From Octopus sinensis (lineage: Eukaryota), in NCBI RefSeq assembly GCF_006345805.1, contig NC_043020.1, forward strand, positions 3,100,001 to 3,164,000: a DNA stretch of 64,000 nt, read 5' to 3'. The position numbers and the translations under genes are program-made. Positions 1 through 13,892 of the stretch are shown here, in pieces; position 1 is the first letter of the stretch, and the number at the start of each line of letters is the position of its first letter. The notes beneath the pieces were generated by a model. It had not been told where the DNA came from. It worked only from the letters and a program-made list of their open reading frames with translations, and made no database searches.

Positions 1-1091
1 TCACAGATTAAATTACAAAGGTATTTAATTACAATTGTTTATGCTTTGGAGGTCAATCTTATACCCCTACTTTGCAGGTTAGTAACCTTGTACCAGTGTG
101 GGGAGTCAATTATATAATCTACCTGAAGATAGTTTTGTGATCTGACCATGTGTTTCTGCACAAGATATACTTATTTACAGCTAAATGGACTGAGAAGGAA
201 TTTAGTGTCTTGCCCACTGGGCACTCTTGAAATGTCAATTCTTTTGATTAGGAGACGGCTTATCTTATGGAGTAAACCAGCTGCAACTTTATACTGCTAA
301 TTAATGAATATGATTTATAATTGTCACTATGTATGACAATATTTAAATATCTCATTCCTCAAAGCAAATAAAATTACCAAACTCTTTCACAAACTCTCTT
401 CTGGATTAATTTTTACTAATGCAGGTTTTTATGGAATCCAGGTTTTACTAAATAATAAATGCCTTGGTTCGAAGATAATGGAAGTTTTGGCAGTGATTTT
501 TATTATTGTACATGTCATGTCTTCCTTCACACAGTATTTTTCTTAGCAAGGCTCTACAAAGACATTCCAAGTGGATCTATAACAATCTTGTCAGTAAGTA
601 AAATGCATAGATGAAAAAATCTAAAACTTTTAATATTTACAGAAATGGATTAGTGTTTTTTTTTTTGGCCCTCGTTTATGATACTACCTAATTGGATACA
701 GTTTGCAGTAGCATCTAATTAACTACAAAATAATGAGAAAAGAGAGGATGAAGAAAACGACTTTTCATTAGCTTGGTCGGTTATTAGTGGTTTGGATGGG
801 TTGGGGTAATATAAAAGACTTCTCTGTGACAGATCATTAGAGCCATGCTTCCTAATGCAGAGGGGTTACTTTTTCTAAAACCTCAAAGTTACATGTCAAA
901 AAAATGTCAATATATCTTCTTCTTTCTCTAACAGTAAATAAACATTGATTATGTACATAGCACAAGAATAAGATTTCATAATGTTTATGCCTGGATCTAT
1001 GACAGCTTATTTTTCTCAGCCAAGACTACAGCATCAGCAACAAGTTGTGCTTCTCTATCACTTAAATGATACCAAATTCTTCACTCTAAAG

Positions 1092-1321
1092 TAGTGGTTC
1101 CCAAACAGGGTCTATATAAGATTTTGTCATTGAAATTTATTTGCAATAAATTGGTTATGCTTCTACAATATAACAAAATGGTTTAAATTTTTAATACACT
1201 TTCTTATATCTAATTTTAAAAATATAATATAATTCTTTAAACACTGAATGGCTAGGAGAGTCCACCCAAGTAAAATAGCAATCAAAGGAGTCCATAGGTT
1301 AAAAATGGTTGAGAAGCATTA
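1092..1321. mobile_element. Non-autonomous hAT (Buster/Charlie-like) MITE
   Basis: Termini tagtggttcccaaac / ggttgagaagcatta; 8-bp TSD ctctaaag / gtctaaag with central TA. Confidence 0.7.
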
Positions 1322-3012
1322 GTCTAAAGTGTTCAAGTCTGGCTATGAGATATCCTTAGGAATGGAATAAGCCAGTTGGTACAGCTGTTTGGATGTTGAT
1401 GGTTTGAAATGGTGGCACCAAAATGGTTGTGGCCAAACATCTCCTGTGCCTCTGGGAACATAGCTATTGATGACTGAATGCACAGCAATCAGTACAACCT
1501 CTACTCTACATATGAGTTCAAACCCTGTGTAGGTCGGTTGCAATAAGGGTGTATACATTTGTTGTTGTAGTAACCAAGGGTGGCTTTTTTTTTGTTTGTT
1601 TTTGCTTTTTTACTAGTTAGAGTAAAATCTAATTTCTTTGAGGAGGTTTTCTAGTACCTTCCACACGGAGCAGCCTGTCTCATGCCAGTGACACAACTAA
1701 AGCATCCACTTCACACAGTAAGACATGCACAACAATGAAGTTGGGTGATTTTTCTCTGTCACTGGTTGAGTTAGATGATGCAGACAATGATGTGACAAGA
1801 TATTGTAAAGACTCATCTAACCCCTACCAGCATGGAAAAACAATTATGAGGAAGATTAAGAACAGCTCCAATCATCACAAACAGATTCTCACTTCAAACA
1901 TCACAAAATTGAGGGAACCTCTATATATTTGCTCAGACTGTTAGAAACAGAAGCTAAATCTCCCTTAAATAACAATTAACCAAAGGAATGGGCACATTAG
2001 ATGTACGAAAAGAGAAAAAAAACAGGATGGTCACAATTGGAAAGTCCACTGGATCAAGGCTAACCTGCAGGCTAAACAACACCACAACCACCACTCAACT
2101 TATAAATTATTTGCAAGGACTTACAAGTTTGTTTTTTATTCTTTATTTTTTCCTGGTTGGTAGGAGGTTTCTCACATTTAAAGGTTAAAGCGAAACTAAA
2201 CTATGAATCGGGCAAGTATTTGAATTAACATTATATTTTGTAACTAATAACATCTACTGGGAATAGAACATTATCAGAAACTGATAAAAAAAGACAAAAA
2301 GACAACATGCACCAACATAAAACCACACCACACACACACACCATCACCTCAACCCCCAAAAAGCAAAAAGATACCCAAGATCTAAACATGGATCTAACAC
2401 AATGGAGACAGTTGTCACAGACATCAACCTACTAAATATTGTTTGCAAAGACAATCCAGCAGAGAGAGAGACAGACAGACAGACAGATAACGAGGGGGAG
2501 ACAGAGGGAGGGAGTGGAGGTGCATTGCAAAGGTCAGTCTATGATCAAAAGAAAAGAGTTTATCGATTGACAGTGGTTGTTGATTAGTGCAAAATAAGGA
2601 ATAATAGCCTCAGCTGGGGTGGGGGAGAAAAAGTGATGGCTGGGGGAGTCAGGCAGTTGACATTATCAACAAGTATTCAGTATTTCAATAAAATCCAAGA
2701 AAGCTCCTCAATGTTTTGAAGATGGAGAAGGGAACACAAACAAACAAACATCCAAACAGATAAACGAATGCAGCAAATTGCCAAGTGTTGCTGTGTGGTT
2801 AAAAAAATGAACATCCCAGTTTGCAATTTTGGGTTCAGTCCCACTGAGTAGCAGCTGGGGTCATGTGTCTTCTACAAAAGCCTTGGATCAACAAAAGCAT
2901 TATGAGTGGATCTGACAGAAGAAAGCTGGAAAATGCCAGTTACATATATGCATGTACATAGGTATATCTGTGTGTACATGTATGTATGTATATATATGTG
3001 TGTATGTATATA

Positions 3013-3337
3013 GTGCAGGTGGCACGTAAAAAGCACCATCCGATCGTGGCCGTTGCCAGCCTTGCCTGGCCTCCGTGCCGGTGGCGCATGAAAAGCACCA
3101 TCCGATCGTGGTCGTTTGCCAGCCTCATCTGGCACCTGTGCCGGTGGCATGTAAATAGCACCCACTACACTCACGGAGTGGTTGGCGTTAGGAAGGGCAT
3201 CCAGCTGTAGAAACACTGCCAGATCAGACTGGAGCCTGGTGCAGCCTTCTGGCTTCCCAGACCCCAGTTGAACCATCCAACCCATGCTAGCATGGAAAGC
3301 GGATGTTAAACGATGAAGATGATGATGATGATGATGA
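3013..3337 (+). mobile_element. 5'-truncated RTE LINE 3'UTR copy ending in (GAT)n
   Basis: Same sequence as the 3' part of 45503-46392 (aggaagggcatccagctgtag..catgctagcatggaaagcgga.gttaaacgatg). Further copies at ~15993-16195(-), 24008-24195(+), 44120-44630(+), 48200-48308(+), 54760-54995(+), 57078-57335(-), 63040-63425(-). Confidence 0.8.
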
Positions 3338-3338
3338 T

Positions 3339-3387
<49 letters not shown>

Positions 3388-3390
<3 letters not shown>

Positions 3391-3926
3391 GCTATCATCA
3401 ACCTGGATAGAAAAATTTGTCTTTTGGAGAATTTCCACAATCTTCTCCTCAACAAAATTAGACATTTCATCCTGTCTTCTTGTAATTGTGTTATTTGAAA
3501 GTGGAATTGTACTTAGAGTAGATGCAGCATCTTTTCTCAGAACCTCATTTGCACAAGCTATCATAGCAGGCTTGACACGTTTCTCAACATAAATCTGAGG
3601 TGCTGTAACCTTGGCAATAATTTCAGAAACCAAATAACTTGGTTTGAGTATCTTAGCTTTTTCAATATTCATCTTCTTTACAAAGTCAGGCAGTTTGATT
3701 AGCTGTATTTTCTTTTCATTCTCAAAATATTCCCTTCTTTACCAAAAGATGATGGATGCCTTAATTTCTGGTGCTGTTCCAGCTTAACTCTCTTCATGGA
3801 AGTATTTGTCATGATGGCATCACATTCAAGACACATAGGTTTTGAGTCTACAGAAACAAAACCAAACATGATAAAATCTTCTTTGTAGTTCCTCAGTTTT
3901 GCCTTTTTAGCAATTGGTTCAGACAT
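3388..3926 (-). mobile_element. hAT Buster/Charlie (ZBED5/SCAND3-like) transposase, N-terminal remnant, frameshifted and truncated
   Basis: LRNYKEDFIMFGF..KPMCLECDAIMTNTSMKRVKLEQHQKLRHP (BED-like) and SYLVSEIIAK..IPLSNNTITRRQDEMS..FSIQVDDST match Buster motifs. The sequence is cut by (TA)n and an RTE tail. Confidence 0.85.
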
Positions 3927-4214
3927 TATTACAACTGATCTTTAAAAAATAAAAATAATAAATACTTTATTTCTATAAATTAAAAGTATCAAATTTATTA
4001 TTAAACAATATTGTATAGAGATATATTAATTATACCAAATTTATTCTGAAACTGTTGTGATTGTAAAATTTAAATTATGTAATTCTTGATTGTAATATAT
4101 TATTGATTATATATTATACATTATTGATTCTTATGGAATAATTATTGAATTTTGTTGTGTCTGGGGAGAGTCACTTTCTTTTTGTGCCTTATAATTTAAC
4201 ACACTCATTTTTGG

Positions 4215-4710
4215 GGTACAAAAGGCATTGTGTTTACTGACTATCTTTAAAAGGGCCACAACATTAATGGAATGTACTATGCCAACTTACTGAAGCAGTT
4301 TCGAAAGGCTATCAAGACAAAACACCCAGGGAAACTGACGAAAGGGATCTTGTTTCATCAGGACAATACTCCAGCAAACAAGTCCTTGCTTTCAATGGCT
4401 GCTGTGCATGATTATGGCTTTCAGTTGGTCAATCATCACTCCTATTCTGATTTGGCCCCATCTGCCTATCAGCTGTTCCCCAACATGAAAAAAACATTTG
4501 GCTGGGAATTATCGTTGCAGGGATGATGATGTCATATCTGCTGCTGATGGCTTTTTTTACCAACAGAATGAAAGCTTCTTCACCAATGGGATCCATGCAT
4601 TCTAACAACAATGGAAGGAGTGTGTAGGCCACAAGGGAGACAGTGTTGGAAAATACACCTCATCTGGTCACATTCCATGAGAATATCTTAGTCAGCCTAT
4701 GAACTTTACG
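4215..4710 (+). mobile_element. Mariner (DD34D) transposase C-terminal remnant
   Basis: YYANLLKQFRKAIKTKHPGKLTKGILFHQDNTPA..HHSYSDLAPSAYQLFPNMKK, then after a frameshift DDDVISA..SFFTNGIHA; contains stops and frameshifts. Confidence 0.85.
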
Positions 4711-7700
4711 ATGACTCTTGAATGTCATCTCTGTCTGTTTGTCAACCACTTTACAGAGTGTAGAGGGGGCATTTTAAGGTGACACCAGCACTAGTGAGGT
4801 TGTTTTGTACCTTGCAAGTTTTAATGCAGTGCCTCCATTTCATTCAAGGCAGTGTGAACAGATGAGAGAGCAACAACAGAAGGACCAGGGCAAGTGGGTG
4901 AAGCAAGAAATAGAGTGATGAAAGAGAGAGAGAGAGGTTATTTTTTTCTTAAGATGCTCAGAGACTAGTGAGATTGAAGATTTTTCATGTAGATATTGAC
5001 TTATAAAGGTTTGAGAGAAACATTAATGGCATCAATCTGATAAGGCTTGGAGGCTATGCAAAGGTCACGAGCACTGTCCATTCCTGTTGACCCAGCAAGT
5101 AAAAAAAAATGTTGACAACTGCAGGAAAAACACTGATGGGGACACAATTCAAGAGAGTCGGTGCTTTGGGAAAGGAAGTATTGGACATGGGTTTTTAATG
5201 CAAGGCCCAGAGAGGAAGATGTATAAGTGACAAAAAGAGAGACAAGTGTATCGTGTATATTAGAACATCTAATATGATTGTTCCAACAGAATATCTAATA
5301 TGGTTCTATCAGAATATCTAATATGATTATTCCATGAGAACAGCAAATATGATTATTGGGTTAGAACAGCAGATATAGTTATTGCCTTCAAACAAGGATG
5401 ATTATCAGAAAATATGCTAATTAAAATACAGTGTAGAAAGAAAAATAAAATGTAGGTTAATTGAAGTTAATATAGGTTAATAGTCTCATCACAGAAATAC
5501 TAATTAACTATATATCTATTTATTAATTTATATAACATACAAGTGAAATAAATAGAAACAAATATCAAATGTTTCGCTTTTTTTTTCTCACTTAACAATC
5601 TGTAATCGTGAAATGCTATTGGCATTGTAGTTTAGCCCCAGGTCAGCCTTGATTAAAGAGACCTATGGTCAAAGGTGGTCAAGCGTTGGTCTTCCAGTTT
5701 ATTTTAAAGTACACAATATGCAAGATTGCGTTATCTTATGTCCCTATATCATTTATTTCAGGTCTAGCAACCATATAGAGGCCCACTTAATGGTATTTTA
5801 ATCTGAGGCTGGCATATAAGTGTTACAAATTAACATTAATGACTTGGGGGAAGTTGTTCTATTCATTCCTTTCTCAGAGTAAATTGAGTGAAATCTAGAA
5901 ATCAAACTGGAAACCAAACGAAACTGGGAATTAAGCCAACATGGGAGCCTCTATATGGCTGCTCAACTGGCTAGACATAACAGCCAGACTGTTGTCAAAT
6001 CAACATGCCCACTGTTTTGAAAAGAACACATTGGAAAATGTAGTCCTAGATAAACAGTAAAACATAGAGAGGGTTATGGCTGAAACACTTTTGGTCATAT
6101 GCTTTTGATCATTCAGGGTCAACCTGAAACAAGACAACAAAAACAACTTTATGGTCATGGCTGAAATGCATACAATCATAGGTCTGATCCACTGAGGTTA
6201 ACCGAGGGTTAAACAATAAAGTAATGACTAGATCACCTATGATCATAGGTCTACTCAGTCAGGGATCACCTGGGGCTAAACAACATCAATATAGTAATGA
6301 CTGGAACACTTCTGATCAAAGTGACCATAGGTCTGCTCAGTCAGAGCTGACCTAAGGAACAGAACAAAGGGGGCAAATTGGCAGTCATGAAAAAGTTGGG
6401 ATGAATTCTTCACAGGATTTGTTTTGACTCTCCGTGTTCTGAGTCCGAATCCCACCAAGAACAACTTTGCCTTTCATCTTTTTGGAATTGATAAAAGACA
6501 TCAATCCAGGATTGTGGATTGGTGGAATTGTCAGAGGGCCAGGTGAGATGCTTTGCCATTTTCATTCCAGTTCTGACAGTAACGCCTGCAACAACACTGG
6601 TGCCAAGCTGTATTGGCCCACGTCAGTGACCTTTTCCTTGGATAAACATCAATAGCATGGAAAGTGGAAACTTGCATGCTTGGGCAATCTCTAATCTTCC
6701 TAAATAAAAAAAAATTTCCCAGGCCTGCACATAAAATCAGCAAATGCTTAGTCAAACAGGGCAGCAAGTTGACAGTTTATTGGAAACTTTCCACTAAACT
6801 ATGGTAATTTTCTCCTTGGATATTTTTTATCTTTTTCTTATTTCAGTCATTGAGCTACGGCCATGCTGGAGTGACTCCTTGAAGGGTTTAGTCAAACAAA
6901 TTGCTCCCAGTACTTATTTATTTTATAAGCCTGGTACTTATTTTCTTATGCCAGACAGGTAAGTTACAGGGACATAAACTAATACCAGTCGTTGGGCATT
7001 TGCTTGCATGGAAACAAACACAAAGACACACATACATTTTATATAGACTAGCAGGACCCGTGAACATTTCACGGAATCAATGTTAAACCTATTGGGTTAT
7101 TTCTGTAAACTTTATGCAAGAAACCTGAAAGCACGGCCTGTGTTGTGTCTGTGTGGAAAGACAGTCGCTCATCTGTTACTCATTGAAAAGGGAAGGAAAT
7201 TGGAATACGATGATTATTTAATTCACTTTATATACTTTATGCACAATTTTATAGACTTAATACACAGCACTCTCCCACTTTCTCTCTCACTCTTCACCGT
7301 ACCCTCCTTTTCTCTCTCTTTTTTTCTTTAGCTCTTTGTCTTTCTCTTCAACTAATCCCGTGAAAGTGTTACGGATAGGCTAAGTAACTGAGGAAAACAA
7401 TTTAGTTAAAAAAAAAATTACTCATTTCACACAGGATTTGAATTCAGAAAACAGACAACATGACTAAATCCGTAAGACATTTAATTCAGCTCCACTAACT
7501 TCAAGTTTATCACAAAGAAGTTGATATTACACTAATCCATAAATTAACTGAAATTGAAGATCCATTTATTAATTGAAAATAACAATTTCTAAATCTAGCA
7601 CACCACTGCAATTTAGGGTAGGGAAATAGAGTTGAATTAATTAACGTCAATACTTAAGAGATACTTAAATTATCAAACCTAAAGTTAATTACAACAGGAT

Positions 7701-8141
7701 TTGAAGCACAGCTAACTATGACAAGGCAATTTACCAATACTGCTGTTATACCATTTGTGTTTTACCTAAAAACATTAACCCTGCAGCAAGAATATTCAGC
7801 AATTACCCAATGTCATAGTTCACTAGAATATTGCCTATTTGATCAACAAAATCTGACCAATCACATGAAGTTGTGATTGGCCAGATTTCAACAGACCCCA
7901 GTATTCTCCTTCATACAACCCTTTACATACCAACACCTGAGACAACCTATTCTAATGCGTTCATATTTAAATTAAAATATTGATTAAAATCTCGTAACTA
8001 TTTTTATTTTTTTCATTTTACATCTGCTTTCTATGCTTGTATGGCTGACCACAGTCCAAATCAGTTCTTATTTGAAGTTAATGCTCCTCCTCTAGATGAC
8101 TTGGAGAACAGGTCTCACTCATACACTCCATTTTGTTATAG

Positions 8142-8342
8142 CAGTGGTTTTCAACCAGGGTTCCGCCAGTACAGTCCAGGGGTTCCGCAAGAAGTTACAA
8201 AACTGCTAAAATCGGCAGTAATTTTTAATTCTCCTGTGCAGATATGTGTGCATAAGACTATTAAATTATTGCACAGGGGTTCCTCGAGCCAGTGAAATGT
8301 TTCCTTGGGGTTCCGCTCCAGCAAAAAGTTTGAAAAGCACTG
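8142..8342. mobile_element. Non-autonomous hAT (Buster/Charlie-like) MITE
   Basis: TIRs cagtggttttcaacc / gtttgaaaagcactg; 8-bp TSD tgttatag / cattatag with central TA. Confidence 0.78.
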
Positions 8343-9383
8343 CATTATAGTCTCTACAGCTGGATATGGTATTTCAATTGGTCAACACAAGTTTCATTTA
8401 CCAATATATAAAGTTATAGATATTTCACTAAACTACTTCAAAATCTTGATTATACGGAATACTGAGCACATATGTTGTCTATTCATTAGAAACATACCAT
8501 AAAAGCTGTTATTTGTTACACTTCTCAACTTTTGGGGACCTAAATTATCTTAAAAACTTTATATATATATATATATAATACCATGAGTAAGACAGTGTTT
8601 AACAATTGTTTCAAGTGTAGATAATCTACATTAATCCAGAATAGTAGTTTTCTAAATGTTTCATTTTATTAAAATATATTGATATGTAGGCACAGGCATG
8701 ATTGGTGATAAGAAGTTTGCTTCCAAACAACATGGTTTTAGATTCAGTCCCACTCTTGGCACCTTCGACAATTATCTTCTAGTATAGCCTTAGACCGACC
8801 AAAACCTTGTGAGTGGATTTGGTAGATAGAGACTAAAAGAAGCCCATCGTGTGTGTGTGTGTGTGTGAGTGCGTGTGTGTGTGTGTGTGAGTGCGTCTGT
8901 CTGTCTGTCTGTCTATGTCTGTATTCACTCCATTTAGCAATTAGTTTTCATTTGTTCACATCCCCATAACTTAGTGGTTTGGCAAACAAGACCAATAGAT
9001 TAGTAAAACCCTTCAAGGTGATAACCTCAATATGGTTGAAATCTAAGGACTAGAAAAAGTAAAAAAAAAAAAAAATATGATGTAAAAAATAATCTAATAA
9101 TGATAATGCTTTTTAATTACATTATTACGGGATTTTTTTATAAACAATAGTGGAGGAAAAACTTTGCAACCTAATGTCATGTGTTATATGCGAAACTAAT
9201 TTTAACCTTCCTTTTAGGGGACAAGAAGTGTATTAGAAATGATGTTTCATGGTAGGCACAAGAAGGTTTAGAAGAGGTTTAGCTACAACCAGAAATACAA
9301 AGAAACAGGCAAGGAAAGAAAACGTAGTAAAAGATGGAGGGGAACAGAGTGATGAGACACATGCCTCAGAATAAATGGTGTGC

Positions 9384-9566
9384 TCAGTCACATCCAACAG
9401 TAATGACCGTGGTGGCCAGCAATACTTGCTGCAGAAGCCACTCCACTTTGCTGAGCTCATTTCTTTGATGGGTTGCTGTTATCCCTATTTTGCAGAGGAA
9501 ATCAGTTGTATGGGGTCTGAGAACACCTGAGGTTTCAATGGTGACCAGTACAAACTGATAGTGCCC
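9384..9566 (-). mobile_element. Probable CRE-clade non-LTR retrotransposon, restriction-like endonuclease C-terminal remnant
   Basis: Open frame GHYQFVLVTIETSGVLRPHTTDFLCKIGITATHQRNELSKVEWLLQQVLLA resembles the YxFxPxAxETxG..FL..IG..E..WL.QR.S.A motif at the end of CRE-type ORFs. Recognised by eye only. Confidence 0.55.
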
Positions 9567-10589
9567 CTAAAATGTTGTAGACTTGACTCTCATAAAGTCA
9601 ACTCTCTATTCCACTACATCTCCATCTCAAATATCTATAAACATCCTTATGAGCCAGCGAGAGAATTTGCATGTGGTTGCTCAAATGGCTAAAAATAACA
9701 GCTAAATTAACCTCAAATTACACTCCTACCATTTAGAAAAAGGGAAGGTCACATTAGATAATGTAGTCTTAGGTACACAGCAAAGGTCAACAAGGTCATT
9801 ACTCGAACACCTCACCTGTAATTATAGGTTTACTCAGTCAAAGCTTACCTGGAGTTAAACAACAGCATGATCCTAAACTTGCTGAGTAAGAGCTGATCTG
9901 GAGTCAGACAATATTTTGAAAGCTGGAATACTTTGTTCGGGTCAGCCCTGCTCATGTCAGGGCTGACCTGCATTAAAAAACAACTGCAACAATTTTAACC
10001 CCTATCATATAATATGACAGCTGGAAGGATTAATATATTGATATCAAGGTTTCTAATTGCTGTAATATATTTGTACAAGTCATGAGTGAACTTCAGCAGC
10101 TGAAACAATGAGCTGAAAACAATTTAATTGTATAAAACAATCAGTAAAAGTTAATTAAAAAAAACAAAAACTGAGTAGAACAATTACTAAAAACACAAAA
10201 TTTAAAGAAAAAAAAGGATTAATACTGTAAAAAAATTGTCTTAGGTTTTGTTTTCAAAGATTAATTTTCTCATTTATTTTATTACTTATGTTTTAAGGAC
10301 ATAAATGCCTCAATGTCTGAGCTTAATCGTTAGTAAGACTACATTTTTTATTGTTTGTTTTTTAGACTGTGAACATCATTGTTGATGGAAAATCTTTTTA
10401 CTGTACAAGTGACATCTGGTCCTCCAACTCATCTAAGGAGACAAGAACTCTGAATAAGACCCTACTCAGACTATGATGACCCTTCCAACCCTTCCTGCAT
10501 GGAAAACAAATGTAAAATGATAATGATGATGACATCAGCACTGTCTTTCATCAGTTTGATCTGTAATCATTCTCATGTATTGTGTTCCT

Positions 10590-10690
10590 AATGGCCTGAA
10601 CTCTTTGCATGAACACCCTCCCTGTACATAACTCCATGTCCCCCTACATGGCCTTGCTTTTTGCTTTTTGAGCCAAAAAATTAACTTAAC
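10590..10690 (+). mobile_element. CR1-type LINE 3'UTR, short 5'-truncated copy
   Basis: Near-identical to 52825-52925 (tggcctgaactc..ccatgt.cccctacatgg..gagccaaaaaattaact). Confidence 0.75.
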
Positions 10691-11799
10691 TATATACAGA
10701 GTACCAGGCTATATTTGAACTATTTAAAGACAATAACACTTATCAATGAGGCTATTGATATATGCTTCAATCAGTTCCATGCTTGGTCATCATTTGGTAT
10801 CTTATTCCTGGATTAATACAGAGTACCAAATTAGGATTAGGAATTTTTATTTTTAAAAACTAAGATTAACTATCCTTATTATCCATTGGACCACTAACAC
10901 ATCTTGTTGCATCTTAGCTATTTTACATTCAGCTAAATTTTGTGCAACTAAAGCTATACACATTTCACAGCATCTTCATTTAACATCACAAAGTCAGCAG
11001 AAATACATGGTTCTTGCATTTGAAACAACAGGTGCTTTGTAGTTATTTTGGATCTGTGTCACACGGTGTCATTGGTGAAGCTCTATTTCACGCTTTTAAT
11101 AGCACCGTAGCTCTACCAAACCAAAGTTCTTAAGATGGATTAAAGTATTTCTATTTTGCCAAGCTTCTGTCTGCATCAGATCATAGCCGTTGACTTGCTA
11201 CAGTTTCTATTGTATTGTTTTATTTCCTTTCTATAAACACATATAAATTGGTTTATTGAATTCATTAAATGAGAACTTTGCTAAATAATAAATAGAGTCA
11301 ATGTCTGTAACACTAGAAAGCAACTACTATATTAAAAAAAAAGAAAAACTGAATGTAAATTATATTTGTCCTTGACAGAACAATGTGAACAGAGGAAAGA
11401 GAAGCCTTTTCTATTTCAAAGTCAATAATTAAAAGCACATATAACTACAGCAGTCTAATCAAGGAGAAGGACCAGAAATCTGAAACTCTACAGAATGTTC
11501 TTAGAATGTGCAGGCTTCAGCAGCAGCAGCAGCAGTGACTGGGTTAGCAAGAGAATTCAATGTTGATGGTGATTGTTTGATAAGAGGAATTAAAAGCTAA
11601 ATAAAGAGACTGGCAAATACATTGTATATATATATATATATATATGTGTGCATGTATGTATGTACAACTGTGTATTTGTGTGTGTGTGTGTGTGTGTGTG
11701 CGCGTGCACACGAGTATTTATTATATTAGAAGTAAAATGAAAACAAAGGCAGAACAAGTATCTCAAATCACTTAGAATTTAATGAGGGCAAGGTGAATT

Positions 11800-11852
<53 letters not shown>

Positions 11853-11910
11853 AATATTAAATTTCTAAATATCTCATAGAGATATGTGCGGTGGTGGAGC
11901 GATAGAGTAA

Positions 11911-12071
11911 TGTATACTGTCAACTTAACGTGACGGTCCCATAAAGAGAATTATATTATAAGGACACAGGAAATGTGTCAAGGCCGACAGGAAGCGTCAA
12001 TGCTTCCTAGGGCTAAACAGCGGTGGTGTAATTCCCTTTACGGGACTGTCACGTTAAGTTGACAGTATACA
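11911..12071. mobile_element. MITE with ~43-bp terminal inverted repeats, TA-flanked
   Basis: 11911-11953 pairs with 12029-12071 with 3 mismatches; TA|ctgtcaac...gttgacag|TA. Confidence 0.75.
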
Positions 12072-12073
12072 AC

Positions 12074-12119
<46 letters not shown>

Positions 12120-13029
12120 TAAATTAGAGATATATATATACATATAGGTGCAGGAGTGGCTGTGTGGTAAGAAGCTTGCTTTCTATCCACTTGGTTCCGG
12201 GTTCAGTCCCACTGCGTGGCACCTTGGGCAAGTGTTTTTTTACTATAGCCTCAGGCCAACCAATAATTGATAGATGATAGGCAAAAAGAACCTGTACATT
12301 GGTTATATAAATGCAGTTTGGTATTATAGGAGAAAGCTGTATCATCAGAAGATGCTAAAATTATTATGATTTCCAATTGACAGCTGGTGAAAGGTATATA
12401 AAACAGTGTATGCAAAATATAAAACCTTATTATTATAACAATGAAAAACTGGCAAGTAGGTTACTCAAAAATTGTAACCAGAGTTAACTTTCAAGCTTTG
12501 TTCTCTGTACTTGTGTATTTAAGTGTACACAAGTTCATAAATGTTCTTTCCAATCATATCCAAAAGCAAATATATCCAAAGACTTAATCTTCACCAAATC
12601 ATAAAGCCTGTAATAAGCATTTCTAACATAGGCATAACACCACAACTTTAGGAAAAGGGTTTACTTGGATAAATTGACTCCAGTATTTGGCTGGTACTTT
12701 ATTTTATCAATCCAGAAGGATTATAATCAAAGGTGATCTTGACGGGGTCACAATACAAAACACAAACAGCTGAAACAAATAACACATGGAACTTTGATGC
12801 TCTTGCAATTCTGCTGCCAATCCATGGCCTGCAATAATAATAATAATTTCTAACCGAAACACAAAACCAGAAATGTTGAAGAAGGGAACAGCTGATTATA
12901 TAAACACCAGCAGGATTTGAACTCAGAACATAAAGGACAGCAAATGAATACTGCAGGTAATTTTGAGCAATGCACGAATCACTTTGTCAGTTCAATACAA
13001 GAACCTCCTTATGTTCCTTCTTGACCCAT

Positions 13030-13260
13030 GCCAGGCTCGTAAGATCTGGTTTCCCGGTTTCAGTGGCATAGAAATTCCCCATCTGGACAGGACGCCGGTC
13101 CATTGCAGGATTACTCATTTTTACCAGCTGAGTGGACCGGAGAAACATGAAATGAAGTGTTTTGCTCAAGAACACAATGCATTGTCAGGTCCAGGAATCG
13201 AAACCACAAACTTACAATCATGAGTGCAACACCCTAACCACTAAGCCATGCGCCTCCACA
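13030..13260 (-). mobile_element. tRNA-derived SINE with V-domain-like core
   Basis: Minus strand has an A box (tggcttagtgg) and B box (ggtttcgattcc), followed by gtgttcttgagcaaaacact..atggaccggcgtcctgtccag. A degenerate copy lies at ~19090-19260(+). Confidence 0.65.
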
Positions 13261-13847
13261 CAACCTCCTTATGGCTTAAACAGGGTGATGTGAACAGATG
13301 TATATGTGTATGTACAGCACATGCAGCTTGCACAGACATTCTTTTCATCAGCCGTCAGCTAGAGATCACAACAATTTCAGCACCTTTTAATAATGTTGTT
13401 CTTTTATGTGAGGGCCAAACAGTATTGCGCTACTAGGGGATGCCTGTGTTATTCTTGCCCTCCACTGTAGCACCCTTACTCCCACATCTTAACAGATACA
13501 CTTGTGCTTCAGAATATGCATCTCAGTCCATATTTATCAATAGAAGTACTCAATAAGAAATTCAACTAGAGCTCTAACGATACTGTCTATGTACTATAGT
13601 TGTCTAAGAATCCATAAGTCAGAAAAAATATGCACTTGTATGTTTGTCAATAGAGTGGGTATATTAATTGAAGTATACTGTATTATATATCCATTATGGC
13701 CGATCTTACCAATTGGTTTCACACTAAGGATTCAAATGTGTTAGATAACAGACTGATTATGTAACACTGCACTCTTCAGAGATTGTAGTTATGGAATGAA
13801 ATATGGCAACTGCTCTCTATTGTTGGAGGTTTTCCAACATCATCATC

Positions 13848-13892
<45 letters not shown>

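Noticed and set aside
535-593. Candidate plus-strand exon (cttccttcacacag|...|gtaagt)
   Set aside because: Good splice signals, but two frames are open, no protein is recognisable and no partner exons were found. Needs RNA-seq.
5263-6370. Degenerate ~25-bp minisatellite (5263-5385) and about four decayed ~50-bp repeats (6100-6370)
   Set aside because: Low identity; the latter are fragments of a common dispersed repeat. No evidence of function.
8590-8650. Hammerhead-like remnant on minus strand (tgtaga/tctaca stem, GAAACAATTGTT)
   Set aside because: The CUGANGA box is corrupted (CTGGATTAA) and there is no stem I; at most a dead copy.
10970-11150. KYMVLAFETTGAL peptide resembling an RLE endonuclease motif
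   Set aside because: The similarity stops after a few residues and downstream motifs are absent.
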